Source: Hormiphora californensis (lineage: Eukaryota; Animalia; Ctenophora). Taken from it: 64,000 bases of DNA. Both the position numbers and the translations under genes were made by a program. Location: contig CM035356.1 in the NCBI GenBank assembly GCA_020137815.1, forward strand, positions 7,068,001-7,132,000. The letters run 5' to 3'. The notes under the pieces are model-generated. The model had not been told where the DNA came from, did no database searches, and was given only the letters and a program-made list of their open reading frames with translations. How positions within the stretch are numbered: the stretch's first letter is position 1; each line of letters opens with the position of its first letter. Below, piece after piece: positions 11,504-24,548 of this stretch.

Positions 11504-12868
11504 TAGCTTTTCAGGACCTCACACGGGGCTAACCGTTTTCTCTCTTTTCTCACAAATGAAGCAAAATTTTGGAGCCATATTATGAGAGGAACGTGTACGG
11601 TGTATTTGTGCATTTGTTTGGGGTTAAAGTCGGATTTTTTGAAACTGTCGCACCCCTGAAATAACAAAATTTGTCATATCTCCGATTCCTGATAAGATAG
11701 AGACTTGAAATTTGGACGTTCGGATGAACTTAGCAAGATCTTCGTAACCTCCAAATTTCAAGTCTCTATCTCATCCGGAACCGGACTTATGGCCATTTAA
11801 AGAAATTTGAAAACTCTAAAAAACGACAGTTATTTAAAATCAACCCTAGTAAAGGTCGCGCGGGCAATTATGGTGAAAATTGGCCAATCTACAAACATTA
11901 ATGCGCGAATCCTCAACAATATTGGCCAATCTTTGCTGGATGCGCAAATATATTGGCCAATCTTCGCTGTTATTCAGAACGCGCAATTGTAAAGCCGCGC
12001 TAAAACTGTTAAAGCCGCGCAAAATTATTTAACATGCAAGCCTGAAAGTCGCGTTGGATGCACGGCAACGGTTACCACAATGCAAGGAACCTTCTGTGAA
12101 ACATCTCACCTTCCCTTTCTAACCCTATCGCCAATTGCTACCCCCTTTCCCGTGCTGTAAACCCTGTCAGAGCATTGGCCTGACCCATTCTCGCTTCTCT
12201 CAAATAAGCGCGAGAACTGTGGTCAGAGCATTGGCCTGACAGTGTAAACCTTTTGTAAAACATCTTACCTTCCCTTTCTAGCCCTCTCGCCAATTTCTAC
12301 CCCCTTTCCCGTGCTGTAAACCTTTTGTAAAACATCTTACCTTTCCTTTCTAGCCCTATTCTACATCCTTCCTGCAGCTTTCTCTCACCTGTTAATCGTG
12401 GTTTCACTCCCCCTTCATGGACACTTAACTTTCTTCTCAATCTGGGCTCTGCTGGATTTCCTTCTACGATCCTCCTGCGGCTTCCTCTCACCTTTGGTGT
12501 TTTCACCTATCTTCCCTGTGATCTTCTTCTCCCTCCTACTCCTTGTCCTACCGCTTTCTCTCATCTGGTCATCGTGGATATCTCCCTTCCTTACTGGACC
12601 TCCCTTCTACTTATCTTGGCTTCCTGAGCTGTCTGCTGTGCTGGACTTCCTTCTGTGGTTTCTCTCATCTGGTCATCATGTTTTCACCTCTCCTTCCCTG
12701 GGTGTCCTCCACGAAACTAAATTCAGTTTAGTGTTGAAATTTAGAAGTCAAGTTAGTGAGCGACTATTAGTTCGCTAAACTTTAGAAAACCGTCCACGAA
12801 CAACATGTTTCGGAGCTTGGTCCGATCCACGTGATACTGAGGTGTTATACATGTGATAGAATGCGACA

Positions 12869-13072
12869 CCCCAAAATGTCGCTCGGCAATTTCCGCATTG
12901 GCTCGGTGATTGGTTCGGTATCAAAAGGTGGTTTGCCGAGCCATGTGGCCTTGTGCGGTAAGTTTTCGGCGACCTCCTTGATTCTCCGAACCACTGGTTC
13001 GGCAAACCACCTGTTGTTACCGAACCAATCACCGAGCCAATGCGGAAATTGTCGAGCGACATTCTGATGGGG
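12869..13072. mobile_element. ~200-bp palindromic MITE
   Basis: ~75-bp imperfect inverted arms, CCCCAAAATGTCGCTCGGCAATTTCCGCATTGGCTCGGTGATTGG... and its reverse complement. Confidence 0.8.
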
Positions 13073-13430
13073 GTAGAGATCCACTGGCCAATCAGGACAC
13101 TTGATTCTGAATGTGCGATAATTAATAGCCAGTGCCACACCTGAGAGGGGGATAACGAGAGGGGCATAATGAAATGGGGAACCGGGAATGAGAGATTGGG
13201 AGATAGGAGGGAAAGAGATGGAGAATGAATTATGGGAATGAGTTTGGGAAAGAGGGGGGAATGAGAGGGGGATAATGAGCGGGGGAGTGAGAGATTGGGA
13301 TATAGTGGGAATGAGAGGGGGAATGAGAGATGGGAATGAGAGGGGGAATGAGTTTGGGAGAGAAGAGGGAATGAGAGGGGAGAATGAGAGGGGGGACTGA
13401 GATTGGGAGAGAGGGGAATGAGAGAGAAGG

Positions 13431-13475
<45 letters not shown>

Positions 13476-13577
13476 CTATAAGAGAGATATGTACTTACTT
13501 TTGATACTTTTGCTATGATTTAAGATTTTGCTAGTTAAACATAATACAGGCAATTCTATCCGGTATATATATATATA

Positions 13578-14437
13578 CAGTCGGACCCCGATTTAACGGC
13601 ACCCTCGGGGGAAAGGGTTTTGTCCGTTAAATCGGGGTGTCCGTTAAATCGGGGTAGAGCATATTTGGCCCCTAAAACCCTATTTTTGTCCAAAATGCTA
13701 TACTAAAACACCTCTAAGCTGTTAAATGCAATGTCTATGTATTGATTACATGATCATTTCTGATTAGAAAAAGAAAGTAGTTTCAAAATAATTTCAAAAT
13801 AAGTTAAAAAAACTTTCTAAGGTACTACCAATATCAACCACGTCCGAATCGTTTATCGAATCAATGCATCTCATCGCATGTCTTGCTGCTAATTAGACGA
13901 ACCGATACGTGATACCATGCCGAATCGGGGCACTTTAAGCGGGGTGAGGAAGAATTTGAATTTCAAAAAATATTTTTCTCTGAAAATTCATGGAGAGCAC
14001 CGATCAAAGCATTGACAATCATTCTGTAAAATTTTGCAAAAAAAAGTCATGAAAATTTTTCAAAGGTAACTCAACCACGTCCGAATCGTGTTTCGAATCA
14101 GTGCATCTTATCGCACGTCCTGTCGCTAATTAGACGGTTCGAAACGAACCGATACGTGATCCCCATGAGGCCAGTTTAACAAGCGTCAAAATTGCGATTC
14201 GATGGGCCTCATGGGGATCACATATCTGTTCGTTTCGAAACGTCTAATTACCGGCAAGACATGCAATAAGATGCACCGATTCGAAACACGATTCGGACGT
14301 GGTTTTTCAACAACAAAAAATTCAAAAAAATTCAAAAAAAATTCAAAAAAAAAGTTCAAAAAATTTTGGGGGAAATTTATCCTGCCGTTAAATCGGGGTG
14401 CCGCTAAATCGGGGGCCGTTAAATCGGGGTCCGACTG
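13578..14437. mobile_element. Tc1/mariner (pogo/Tigger-like) non-autonomous element
   Basis: TIR CAGTCGGACCCCGATTTAACGGC / GCCGTTAAATCGGGGTCCGACTG, TA TSD, internal ~95-bp inverted repeat (14074-14303). Related fragments at ~2840-2945 and ~41250-41440. Confidence 0.85.
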
Positions 14438-15299
14438 TATATAAGTACTGTCTAATTATACTCTTTCATATATCCTCTCATATTTCTGGGATATGTACAT
14501 AAGGAATTCTCTCTCTCCCTCTTATCTCGTTCCTATAAATTATTTTTTCAATTTTAAACAATTTCAATTTCTCAAGTTCATCATGTAAGCATGTATGTCA
14601 TTGCCAAGTTAGACTGTTTTTCGCACAAATGTAAAGGGAGGGTTAGAACATAACAAGTATGTCAAAGACAGCCGTGGCCATTTTGGCAATTTTGGGTCAT
14701 TTTGGGGTCGTTCTTGGGAACGCATTTCCACAATAGTAAAAATTAGTTTCAATTTAGACAGCCTTTGGGTTGGCTAAATTCTCAGCCTGTTTAGTCGAAA
14801 TTTTAGTGCTAGGTTAGTGGGGCTTATATGGGTTCAGTGTGAAATGGGGCGTGAAATCACGTGACTTGTACCACGTGGAGGGGGTTTTATGTGGAACTAA
14901 TATCTCTCTAAAACCCTACTCAAAGCACAAACAACCAACACTAATTCTGTAGTTCGTGGACGAAATCGATAGAGCTCTCCAGCTCCAATTTTCATACTCA
15001 AAAGGCCCAATTAGTCGAGATCTAAAAGTTTTAAGGCAATAAGTTCATTCAGGAAATGGAAATGGAAATTTGCGGAAAACTGGGAGAAGAAAAGAGAAAC
15101 TATGTTTTATCGTGTCCCAAAATTTAAAGTCGAAAGATGCCCTAGTTTTCACACAATTAATTGGAGATAGGCATGGGGCCCTATCTTTTTAAAATCACCG
15201 TTTATTGCGTCTGGTGACTGTCCACATTTTTTAAAAGGGGAATACACTGTGGTGAATATTAGGTTGGATTTATCCCGCCTTTGGACCATGAGCTATTTG

Positions 15300-17000
15300 T
15301 AAAATTGTATAAATGAGGCTAAAAGAGGAATTTCAAATAAATTTTTTTTCTTTTTTTGCCCAAAATTTCAATTTGCTTTTTTTTGTACGGGGTGAAGGCT
15401 AGGGGATGTTTTTAGGGAATGGGGAAAAGTAATGGAATTGGGAAAAAAAAAAAATTTAAACCGGTTTCGGGGGTTTATTCATGAAATTTTAAAGTGTTTT
15501 TTTTTGTTTGAAAAGGGCTTGGTTCCTGTTTCAAAAATTTTTTAAAAATCTTTACCATTCAAATTTTTTAAAAATGAAAAAGGGGAAAAGGTTCCCTCGG
15601 CTCAAACCCCTACAGCCCTTTTCTTGATCCAAATTTTTTTATGATCCCTTTTTGATTTAAAGTTTTCACAATTAAATTTCCAAGGTTTTCCCCACCTTTT
15701 TTTCGAGGTTTTTTTTTCGATTTTTGTCTTGGCGAAGGCCCGGGAACCCCCCCTTTTTGGTCTTTGGGAAAACCCCCCAAAACCCAAATCCCTTTTTGGG
15801 GCCCCCGGGAAAAAAAAGCCGACGACGAACCCAATGACCCAACTTTGAAAAACCTAGTTCCCACCATGGCTATTTTTGAACTGAACCTCGAAAAAATCCG
15901 CGTTTCCCCCTTTTCATTAAAATTTAAAAAGTTAAAAGGGGGTACTGGGGGGGGGAATTTTGGGGGGTTTTTTTTAAAAGGAAGAAAAGTTTAAAGCTGG
16001 AGAAGATATTTGGGGAAAAAAAGGGAGGGGGGGGAGGGGAAAAAAAAGGGGGAGGGAAAATGGGGTGGGTCGGGGTAAATTTTTTTTTTTGGGGGGAAAA
16101 AAAAAATTTTTTTTTTTCCCCCGGGTTCACCAATTTTTCCAAAACGATTTTTGTTTTGCTGGCGAATTTTCCCCCCCGGTGGGTTTGGTTTGGGGGGCCT
16201 TCCCCACCCCTTTTTTCCCCTTTTTTTTTTTCCCGCCCTTCTTTTTCCCCAATTCTTAGTTTCCCCCTTTTTTTAAAGGGGCGGGGGTTTTTTTTTTTTG
16301 TTTTCCTTTTTAGGGGGGGAAAATTTAAAATGTTTTTAATTTTTTTGGGGGTTTTCTTTTTCCCCCCCTTTTTCCCGTTTGGTTTTTCAAAATTTTTTTT
16401 TTAAAAAAAAATTTTTTTTGGAAAAGGGTTTTTCTTTTTTAACCCACCCCCGGGGGAAAAATCCCGGGGGGGGGTTTTTTAAATTTTTTCCCAAATTTTT
16501 TTTTTTTAAAAAAAGGGAAATTTTAAAATTTTTTTTAAAAATTTTCCGGCCCCTTTTTAAAACCCGGGTTTTTTTTAAAAAAAAAATTTCCTTTCCCCCC
16601 CTTTTTTCCCCTTTTTGGGCCGAAACCCAAATTTTTTAAAAAAACATTTTCCCGGCCCCTTTTTCTTTAAATTTCCAAAAAATTTTTTTCCCCCTAATTA
16701 AAATTTCCCAAAAAAAATTTTTTTTGGAAAAACCCAAATTTAAATTTATTTTAGGAAAACCCCTTTTAAAAATCCTTTTTCCCCTTTTTTACCGTTTCCC
16801 AAAAAGATAAATTTCCCCCCTTTTGTTGTTTCCCAAAACCCGCCCAAAATTTTGGAATCTTTCCCCCATTTTCCCCGGAAATTCCCCCAAAAAAAATTTA
16901 AGGGGGCCTTAAAAATTTGGGGAACCAAAAATTTTCCCACCCCTTTTTTTTGGGGGTTTTTTCGAACCCGACCCCTAGGGGTGCAGACAAGTGCTATCAA
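15300..17000. other. Homopolymer-garbled low-quality sequence (probable long-read/assembly artefact)
   Basis: Dense runs of all four bases that grow progressively across the stretch; ORFs are F/K/G/P-rich and non-protein-like. Confidence 0.75.
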
Positions 17001-17234
17001 CTGAGCCAAATCCGCCTTTTGTTTTTAAATTTTAGTTGGTATATATATCATTAAATTGAATTTTCATATCGGTCATTCAAAAACACCTGAATATTTCTGA
17101 GGAAGTTTTTAACTCTCCTCGACCCAATTTGTGTCTGTCGAGAAAGTCGCTGGGGGGCGCAGAGACCGTGGACCGTATTTCGCGATTACCCTCTGGCCCC
17201 TGACCTCGTTTTGGTCCACCTAAAAAGGGCGCCA

Positions 17235-17340
17235 TGGGAAGGAAATGGTTCCCGTTATGCTAAAATCAAAATTCCGGGGTTCTGCATTGCAGAACACCCG
17301 GAATTTTGATTTTAGCATAACGGGAACCATTTCCTTCCCA
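17235..17340. repeat. Near-perfect ~105-bp palindrome
   Basis: TGGGAAGGAAATGGTTCCCGTTATGCTAAAATCAAAATTCCGGG...CCCGGAATTTTGATTTTAGCATAACGGGAACCATTTCCTTCCCA. Confidence 0.88.
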
Positions 17341-17930
17341 GCTGCAATCCTCTTGGTGTCTACTTTTCAAATCATTCTGATCCCTAACATCAGTATAGTA
17401 TCACTGCACCGATAAGACTGTACCAGATTACCGAAAAGTAACATTTCATAATTGGATCATCTCAATTCACATTGCTGCATGTTATTGAATCTCATTGGAA
17501 GCATGTTGCCAGCAAAGTAACATTATTCAAATAGCATCATCGGCTGATCCCTTACCGGGGGATTTGGCGAGCATCGAGTGGCATAGACGTGGGCCGCGAA
17601 ACCAGTTATCTTGGGTTGTGTGCGCGCAAAACAGCTGTGAAATTCAGCCATGGCCAGCGAAGATTGGCCAATCTATTTGCGCATCCAGCGAAGATTGGCC
17701 AATATTGTTGAGGATTCGCGCATTAATGTTTGTAGATTGGCCAATTTTCACCATAATTGCCCGCGCGACCTTTACTAGGGAAATAGAACGAAAAATGAGA
17801 CGTGCGCAAAAAAACAAAGCTCGGAATTTTGATTTTGATTTTTTTAAAAACCGCGCTCACTTTTTGAGCGCGCGGCGCGGCACATGAATGCAGCGCTTTA
17901 AATTCACGAACGCGTCTTATTTAATATAAT

Positions 17931-18084
17931 ATACTCCATTTTTTTTCAACTGTTCACCCCCCAAAGTCGTGCGCGGAATTGTTTTGCGCGTTTATCACAT
18001 GTTAACGTGTAGCGCGCGCCACAAAAATTCTAAATTTCATGAAATTTCAGTTTTTGGGTGAACAGTTGAATAAAAATGGACTTT
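17931..18084. mobile_element. MITE, diverged relative of the 11353/42401 family
   Basis: TCCATTTTTTTTCAACTGTTCACCC...GGGTGAACAGTTGAATAAAAATGGA inverted ends; same internal TCGTGCGCGGAA...ATCACATGTTAACGTGT core. Confidence 0.7.
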
Positions 18085-18109
18085 AAGTTTCGGACGATTT
18101 TTAAGGGGC

Positions 18110-18730
18110 GCGATTATAATCTGGGTGCCTTGCAGCGTGTTTACAGGTGCGCGCTGCCAAAAAAGTACACCTAAAACCGCTTAGACCGACTTTTTTCAAA
18201 CGGCCACGCAACCACATGGCCGATTTGAGTAAACTAAACGGTATCTGATAGAGAATCGATAGCCCTAACCGATAACCCCAAACAAAACCCTAACCCGACC
18301 CTAACAACAGCCCTAACCCGTCTCGAACGCCAAAATCAATGAAATGTTAGCAATGGAAGGCACCCAGATTTTAACGTTTTCCATTTTTAAGACGGAAACA
18401 AAGACATTTCGCTAAAACTAAAAATTTCAAACGAATGTTTATCAAATGCAAAAAGAGAAATCATTTTTCCTTTATTCCTTCTATCTGTCAGACAGCAAAA
18501 TAGATTGGCGTTTTTGAGGGCGATTTTGGCGGTTTTTTGGGCCAGCGTTAAAATCTGGGTGTTTCGTGAGTGCTGGCAAACGGTTTTTTAGGGTTAGGGC
18601 TAAAGCATGGTTAGTGTTGGGGTTTGGGTTGGGGTTAGGCCTTGACATTTCTTACCAGATAAACTTTGAATTAGCCGGTTGAGTGGTTTGGCGGTTAGAG
18701 CCATTTTAGTGGGTTAGAGTAAAGTCACCT
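18110..18730. repeat. Two oppositely oriented repeats with degenerate CCCTAAC/GTTAGGG tracts (Helentron/DINE-like non-autonomous elements)
   Basis: Subterminal inverted repeat TAATCTGGGTGCCTT / AAGGCACCCAGATT; CCCTAACC tract at 18260-18320 and GGGTTAG tract at 18590-18720. Confidence 0.45.
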
Positions 18731-18789
18731 ACTTTTTGGCACCAAATTTAGACGTTTTTGACCATAACTCAGCCTTTTCTTGTGATACA

Positions 18790-19045
18790 AGGTGGATACA
18801 GGTGGAAAAGGCGACATTCACGCCTCTTGTGTTCTCTACCCCCTGCCTGATGGGTCCTAAAGCGGAAGTTTTTTACAAAAGGGCTGCCACTCTTCTATCC
18901 AACAAAACAGGACACACATACAGCGAATCCATCCGCTATATCCGGCTCCGCCTTTCATTTTGTCTGTTGAAGACTATGCTAATATCAATATAAATAAGGG
19001 GGTACAGAGGAAACTGTTTCACCCGATTTAATTCTTATGACAATG
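18790..19045 (+). mobile_element. Short degenerate 3' fragment of a second CRE-like retroelement
   Basis: QVEKATFTPLVFST..MGPKAEVFYKRAATLLSNKTGHTYSESIRYIRLRLSFCLLKTMLI(stop)IRGYR aligns by eye to the C-terminus of the 10070-11293 ORF. Confidence 0.8.
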
Positions 19046-19752
19046 ATTTTAACCTTATAATCTAACTTATTTCTTTATATACTCCTAATGTGTATATAAT
19101 GATTGTGTAACCTGATTTATATATAGTTGAACCGGTCAACCCGATCTAAGCGCACTGTCGATTTGAGAATGAAAACCGGGTCTGGTGCCGCCAAAAAGTC
19201 CCCCAAACCTTCCCGTTGCGACCACCAGTTTAAATCACTCTAAAAACACACACTCCAATTAGAAACTATTTATGGACGAAACCAGTTACATTCACAACAT
19301 AAAAAAGGCATGGCAGGAACCATATATTCTTCCACCCAAAATTCGGTAAGTTGAAATAACACACTTTTGTCTTTTTACAGTGTGATCCACTCTTTTAACA
19401 TTTTACAGCAACATTAAATCCTTTTTGCCGAACTACAATATATTAATATACCGCTTTCGGTACCGCCATTAATCCGTGATCTGCAGACTCATGCACAGAG
19501 TTTTTAACACAGATCCATCTTTGGGAACAGAACTTGCCGTGCAAGATTATCAACTAAATTGTTTTAGCACACATTTATGATGTCCCCTGCACCACCGCCA
19601 CCAACATAGATATATAAGCTGATAGATCTATGCTTGCAAAACTGCACTGCACTCCATATAACGTCATAGTTCAATAATCTGTCTTAGCACACACCATCCA
19701 TAGTCCAATCCATATTTCATTATACTCAATATATATTAACACTCCTCAATCC

Positions 19753-22700
19753 TCATTCGTAGTAGACCCCGTAGACAGTTCCCACTGCGAAGGTGTGTTC
19801 ATTGTTGTAACTGTATGATGCGAATCTATCGAATTGAGGGTACCACAGACACCTGCAGAAATGGGAAATATTAGCCAGGAATCCAGTTATGTTTAGATGG
19901 CTCTCGATCCTTCTTTGCGTTTATATTTAAAGGATTGCAAAGAAGGGTCTGCTGAGCTTCACATGACTGTCAGAGCATATTGGCCTGACCCTATTCTCGC
20001 GAGAACCGCGGTCAGAGCATTGGCATGACAGTGATATATGTTAACGTACCTAGACGCTGATCTGACTCCCTGTCCCTGGACAGAACCAACCATAACTAGT
20101 ACAATTATCTTAAATCTGAAATTATAAATTGTATTATACCGACATGTGGGGCTCGTTAGATGGACGGTATTGTTCATTTTTACATGATCTGACGACCGAT
20201 CGCGAATGCTATGATAAAGTTAAGAACCAACGTTTTGCACACCACTCACCTATTTTTTGTTCCCAGTTCCTGTTTAACTTGCGTTTTGATCACCTCCGTT
20301 ATTTGGGTTGTCAGTGCTTTGCTTGTATCTGGGTTGTACTTGTCTGCGAGGTGTGTCTGGAATACCGACTGAAACAGTGAAACAATGAAACATGGGATCA
20401 GCTCGACCAGCACAAAGGTATTTTTGGATCAATTATGAACTCTGGGAAGTAATTTTGATATCTCCTTCTGGTGATCAACACACACACACGCCCTCTGTAC
20501 AACAGTTTAATGGGGAATCTCACACATACACGGGCAGAACTCGGTTAAGGAGAGATTAATTAGTATTCTGAATAATGAGTTCAGAGCAAGAATTAAATAG
20601 GGAAGAAAATCGAAAAATACTGGGTTTGACCGGGAATTGAACCAGGGACCCCCAGAGAGGGTTTGGTAGCTTAGTGGTTTATAGCTCCGAGCATGTCTCT
20701 CTGGAGGTCCCTGGTTCAATTCCCGGTCAAACCCAGTATTTTTCGATTTTCTTCCCTATTTAATTCTTGCTCTGAACTCATTATTCAGAAGCTTAATAAA
20801 TCTTATTCAAGCCAGGCCCAGTTTTTACTTATCAAACTATAATAGCAAGATCGTTAGCGAGACTGACCTTTATGATATCCTCAGCCCGCTTTGTTGGAAA
20901 CCGACTGGTAGGATCAAGTCTGAATGTGTTTTCGTATTTAACAGGGGGCAGTTTATCGCCTGCTTCCTCGCTGTCACTATGGAAACTGCCACCCCGTGTT
21001 GACCCAGAGGTCCTTCTTCCACGGAGGTTCAATGAAACCTTGTTGATAGCATCCTGCCACCGCCTCTGAAGAAAATAAAAATTTAAGAGTGATTGTATCA
21101 GCAGAAACTTAGGAGGTGCAATTCTAGAATTTTGAAGGTCTGCTAAAATTCTTGTTTGTTGCTAGTGCCCCTCACAGAGCTTCCTTAGATTTTATTAACT
21201 AATGATACTATACTGTAAGTATTGAAAGGAAAATGTCCGACTTTAAACGATTCGTTAGTTAAAAATTTGAAACCCATCGTTTGAACTGCAGGTCTTTCAC
21301 AAGCTGCCTGGCAAGAATGGGTCTGGCTCACGCTAGACAGTTCACAAGGTGAGTCTTAAAGCATAATATGCTTCAAAAACCGCAGACACCGTTAAAACAA
21401 ACCTGTGATAATGCAAAGCGATTGAACGGCATGGTTTATGAGGCACAGATAAGCACTGAGGAATATGCACAGCGGAAAGAATTGGAAAGGATTTGAAGTC
21501 TAGTGTTAGAGAGGGGGAGAGAGAGAGAGTGAAAGAGAGAGTAGAAGATAGAAAGAGAGAAGTATAGAGCTAGAGAGTGCGAGTAACGGAAAGAAGAGAG
21601 AGATACATGTGATGCTTGCAAAAGGCAGAAAAACATTGAGGTGATATATCACTTCACAGTGGAACATGCAGTACATTAGGAGCTGCACTGCATCTATCTG
21701 TTTAAACGGCCATCGTTACAGTTTGAAATACAAAGATATGAAGGGGGCCTTGTAGTACAGCTGAGGGAGATAAAACCGCATAACTATAGAAGACATGTGT
21801 CGCTAGATGTGTGGACAGCCAGTGTGAACTTGTTGAATGTCATGTAGCTACTTGTCATGTTACTCTGATCATGAAAACTCGACTACAACATTCATTGGGG
21901 TTCATTGTGGTTCATTGTGGTTCACCAGTCATTGTTGTGATCATATAAAATATAATAAGACCTGACTGCCGAATACTAAACTTAATCTGGCGGTGCCTCA
22001 CCGTGATACTTCGTCATGTTGAGCGTCAAAGACGTGCTGTGTGGAATAGCAGAGCACCATGATCATACCCCAATTCTCAAGTGCGGTTAAACAGTGTATA
22101 TAATAACAACTCACTTGGGAATGGGATGTGGGGGGAGGTAACAAAGGAGCATATGATCCAGGCATCCAGACGCAAGGGACTCTCAACTCGAATAAACAAA
22201 ACAATATAATAATATGACTTTATAGTGTGCTCGCATATTACTCTAATCCCACTCCGATCACATAAGATACACACCGGGTAATACTGCATATTATATAGCT
22301 AGGATCGAATCAGACAGGTTATATACGATAGTAATAAAAAACATCAGATCCCACTTTCGCCAAGACCCCGGAAATTGGTTGTACTCTAACTGCATCGTTT
22401 TCTTGTTGAATAAGCCCCTTACTTTACAAACGAATTCAAGCTCAATCATCCCAATTATCTGGTGATCTCCCTATAGCTATTTCAAACCAAACTTACTGCT
22501 GTGAAGATAACATCTGTCAAACCGTGGCACATACATGACCAGGATACATGGTATGTAACAGGGAGTGACAAATGTTAGCTCGGGGATGATCCACAAAAAA
22601 CTTACTGTCGTGAAAGTCCTGACAGGTCTGCTGTAACTGTTGGTAGTGGTCACTTTACCAGTGGGCGCAGAGTAATGAACTACTGTCACAGGCATTATAT

Positions 22701-23307
22701 TGTACAAGTGTGTTTTAGATACAACTCAAAACGTCAGAAGGATAAGTTTACAGAATAGTATAGTACAGAAAAAGAGCGTAGTAAACTGTTCTAACAATAT
22801 ATGTGTGTGCCTAACAACAGGGCCATTAGCTGTCGTTGCTAATAGTAACAACAGCTGTTGCTGCACAGCTGCCCAGAATGGGTGTAGTGTTACAATAATT
22901 GTTGACATTTACAGCCGCCCCAGATTGCATAATATAAGCTTCATCTTTACAACGCTCCATCAGTGTGTGTGTGATAACTCCCATCAGGTTTACTGCAGCT
23001 CCCATGTGCATCATGTATAGTTCGGAGTTCCAATACATTATTCTGCATTCGTGATATTTTGTTGAGTAAACACTAAACCCCTTACTCAACGATTCGTGAT
23101 CAGTAACACTATGTAATATTATGTTTTCACGGTCTACAGGTGCTGCATGACTTAACAAGATCATCATCATGCACATAACATGACTCCAGCTATGCTTTAC
23201 GTGCTTACCGTGCTTCCCTGCAGCCCTCTGAAACCGACGGTGCGTTTGTAGTTTGATGCGACAGATGATTCACCGGCAGAGGGGATACGAGTGCCGGGAG
23301 ATATCAT
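19753..23307 (-). CDS. Tctex1-domain dynein light chain (TCTEX1D-like), paralogue A
   Basis: Exons 23307-23209 (one of several candidate first exons), 21065-20868, 20368-20250, 20115-20050, 19852-19753. Motifs: YENTFRLDP, IKTQVKQEL, RFKIIVLVMVG...GVRSASRCLW...DRFASY..N...FAVGTVYGVYYE*. Confidence 0.9.
20553..20803. mobile_element. Palindromic repeat with a tRNA-like core
   Basis: ~105-bp inverted arms. The 20659-20735 segment has GGGTTTG/CAAACCC acceptor-like pairing, A-box TAGCTTAGTGG and B-box GGTTCAATTCC, followed by TTTTT. Confidence 0.8.
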
Positions 23308-23948
23308 GACTCTTTTACTGTGAGACAATAGTTATCCTGAATCTTTTTAAAAGACTCTTTTACTGTGGTAGAATGGAAAATTGTTTTTGAGATCGGCTCA
23401 ATCAAAAGGCTTTTACTTTCCAGATGTATAGTCAAACACTTCAATAAAACAAGAAACTGTAGACTTTTATGGCTGTAGTACTAAACTGAAAACACGGAAT
23501 ACAGGCAGCATTTTGATAGGGATCTGGAGAGGGTAAATTCAATTAAAAGGGAATCCGCTGAGCGGGGAATCCCATTTGTGCCTAACAACTAAGGACATGG
23601 ATATGCCATCTGACATCTGGATCTGTCCCTCTCTCTCTTCTAACCTTTTCACCCTCTCGATCTCTTTCAACCTATATTATCTCACTATTTCTAAACCACA
23701 TACTCTTAAAATGTTTTCTGTGGTCATATTACTAGTTTCCCATCATAATAAAACCACGACTATAGATTTTCCGTACTTTCTCATAATAAATATAAAGATT
23801 CTACTAGAAAAAGTTAAAATGTAAAAATGTGAATATAGCAGACTGTAGACTATGCATTGATCAAAAATGCCACCCCCTAGGAAAATAATAGTTCAAATAC
23901 TGCCAGAAATGTATTTTTATATATCTCTCCTTTTATTTCCCATGTCTC

Positions 23949-24052
<104 letters not shown>

Positions 24053-24061
24053 TTCTATCTA

Positions 24062-24127
<66 letters not shown>

Positions 24128-24163
24128 CTCTCTATCTCTCTCATCTTACTCTCTCTCTCTCTC

Positions 24164-24246
<83 letters not shown>

Positions 24247-24548
24247 GTCAATTTACTATCCAGCTGTTATCCACCACAGTATTTCATATGTCTGTTATCA
24301 CAGCTTGTGGACAATCAAGTTAGATGAATTGAGAGAGACTATTCATCTTTCTACCAGCTCGGTTAAAAACTTTCACAAGAAAGAACAATACAAAGATATA
24401 TGCCTGGGTGATATATCCAGGAAGAACGGGCCTCTAGTGCTCAACCAGTCAACCACTACGTCTTTAATTGTTACGAGCTGCCGTATATATTGCAGTAGAC
24501 TTTGTATAATAATAGGGGATGCAGGGAAGTCAGTATAGACAGTTATTA

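Larger units (their letters stand above)
11844..17780. mobile_element. ~5.9-kb non-autonomous TIR element with CCC termini (CMC/EnSpm-like) holding nested repeats
   Basis: ~125-bp TIRs starting CCCTAGTAAAGGTCGCGCGGGCAATTATGG (11844-11970 vs 17655-17780) with subterminal ATTGGCCAAT repeats; AA on both flanks (possible 2-bp TSD); no transposase ORF seen. Confidence 0.7.

Noticed and set aside
15300-17000. F/K/G/P-rich ORFs or a novel low-complexity element
   Set aside because: The homopolymer inflation pattern is typical of a poor-quality read segment.
18260-18730. Interstitial telomere or chromosome fusion site
   Set aside because: TTAGGG-like units are few, degenerate and embedded in repeat elements with subterminal inverted repeats.
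20659-20735. Functional tRNA gene
   Set aside because: The anticodon arm is irregular and the unit lies in a palindromic repeat; treated as tRNA-derived.
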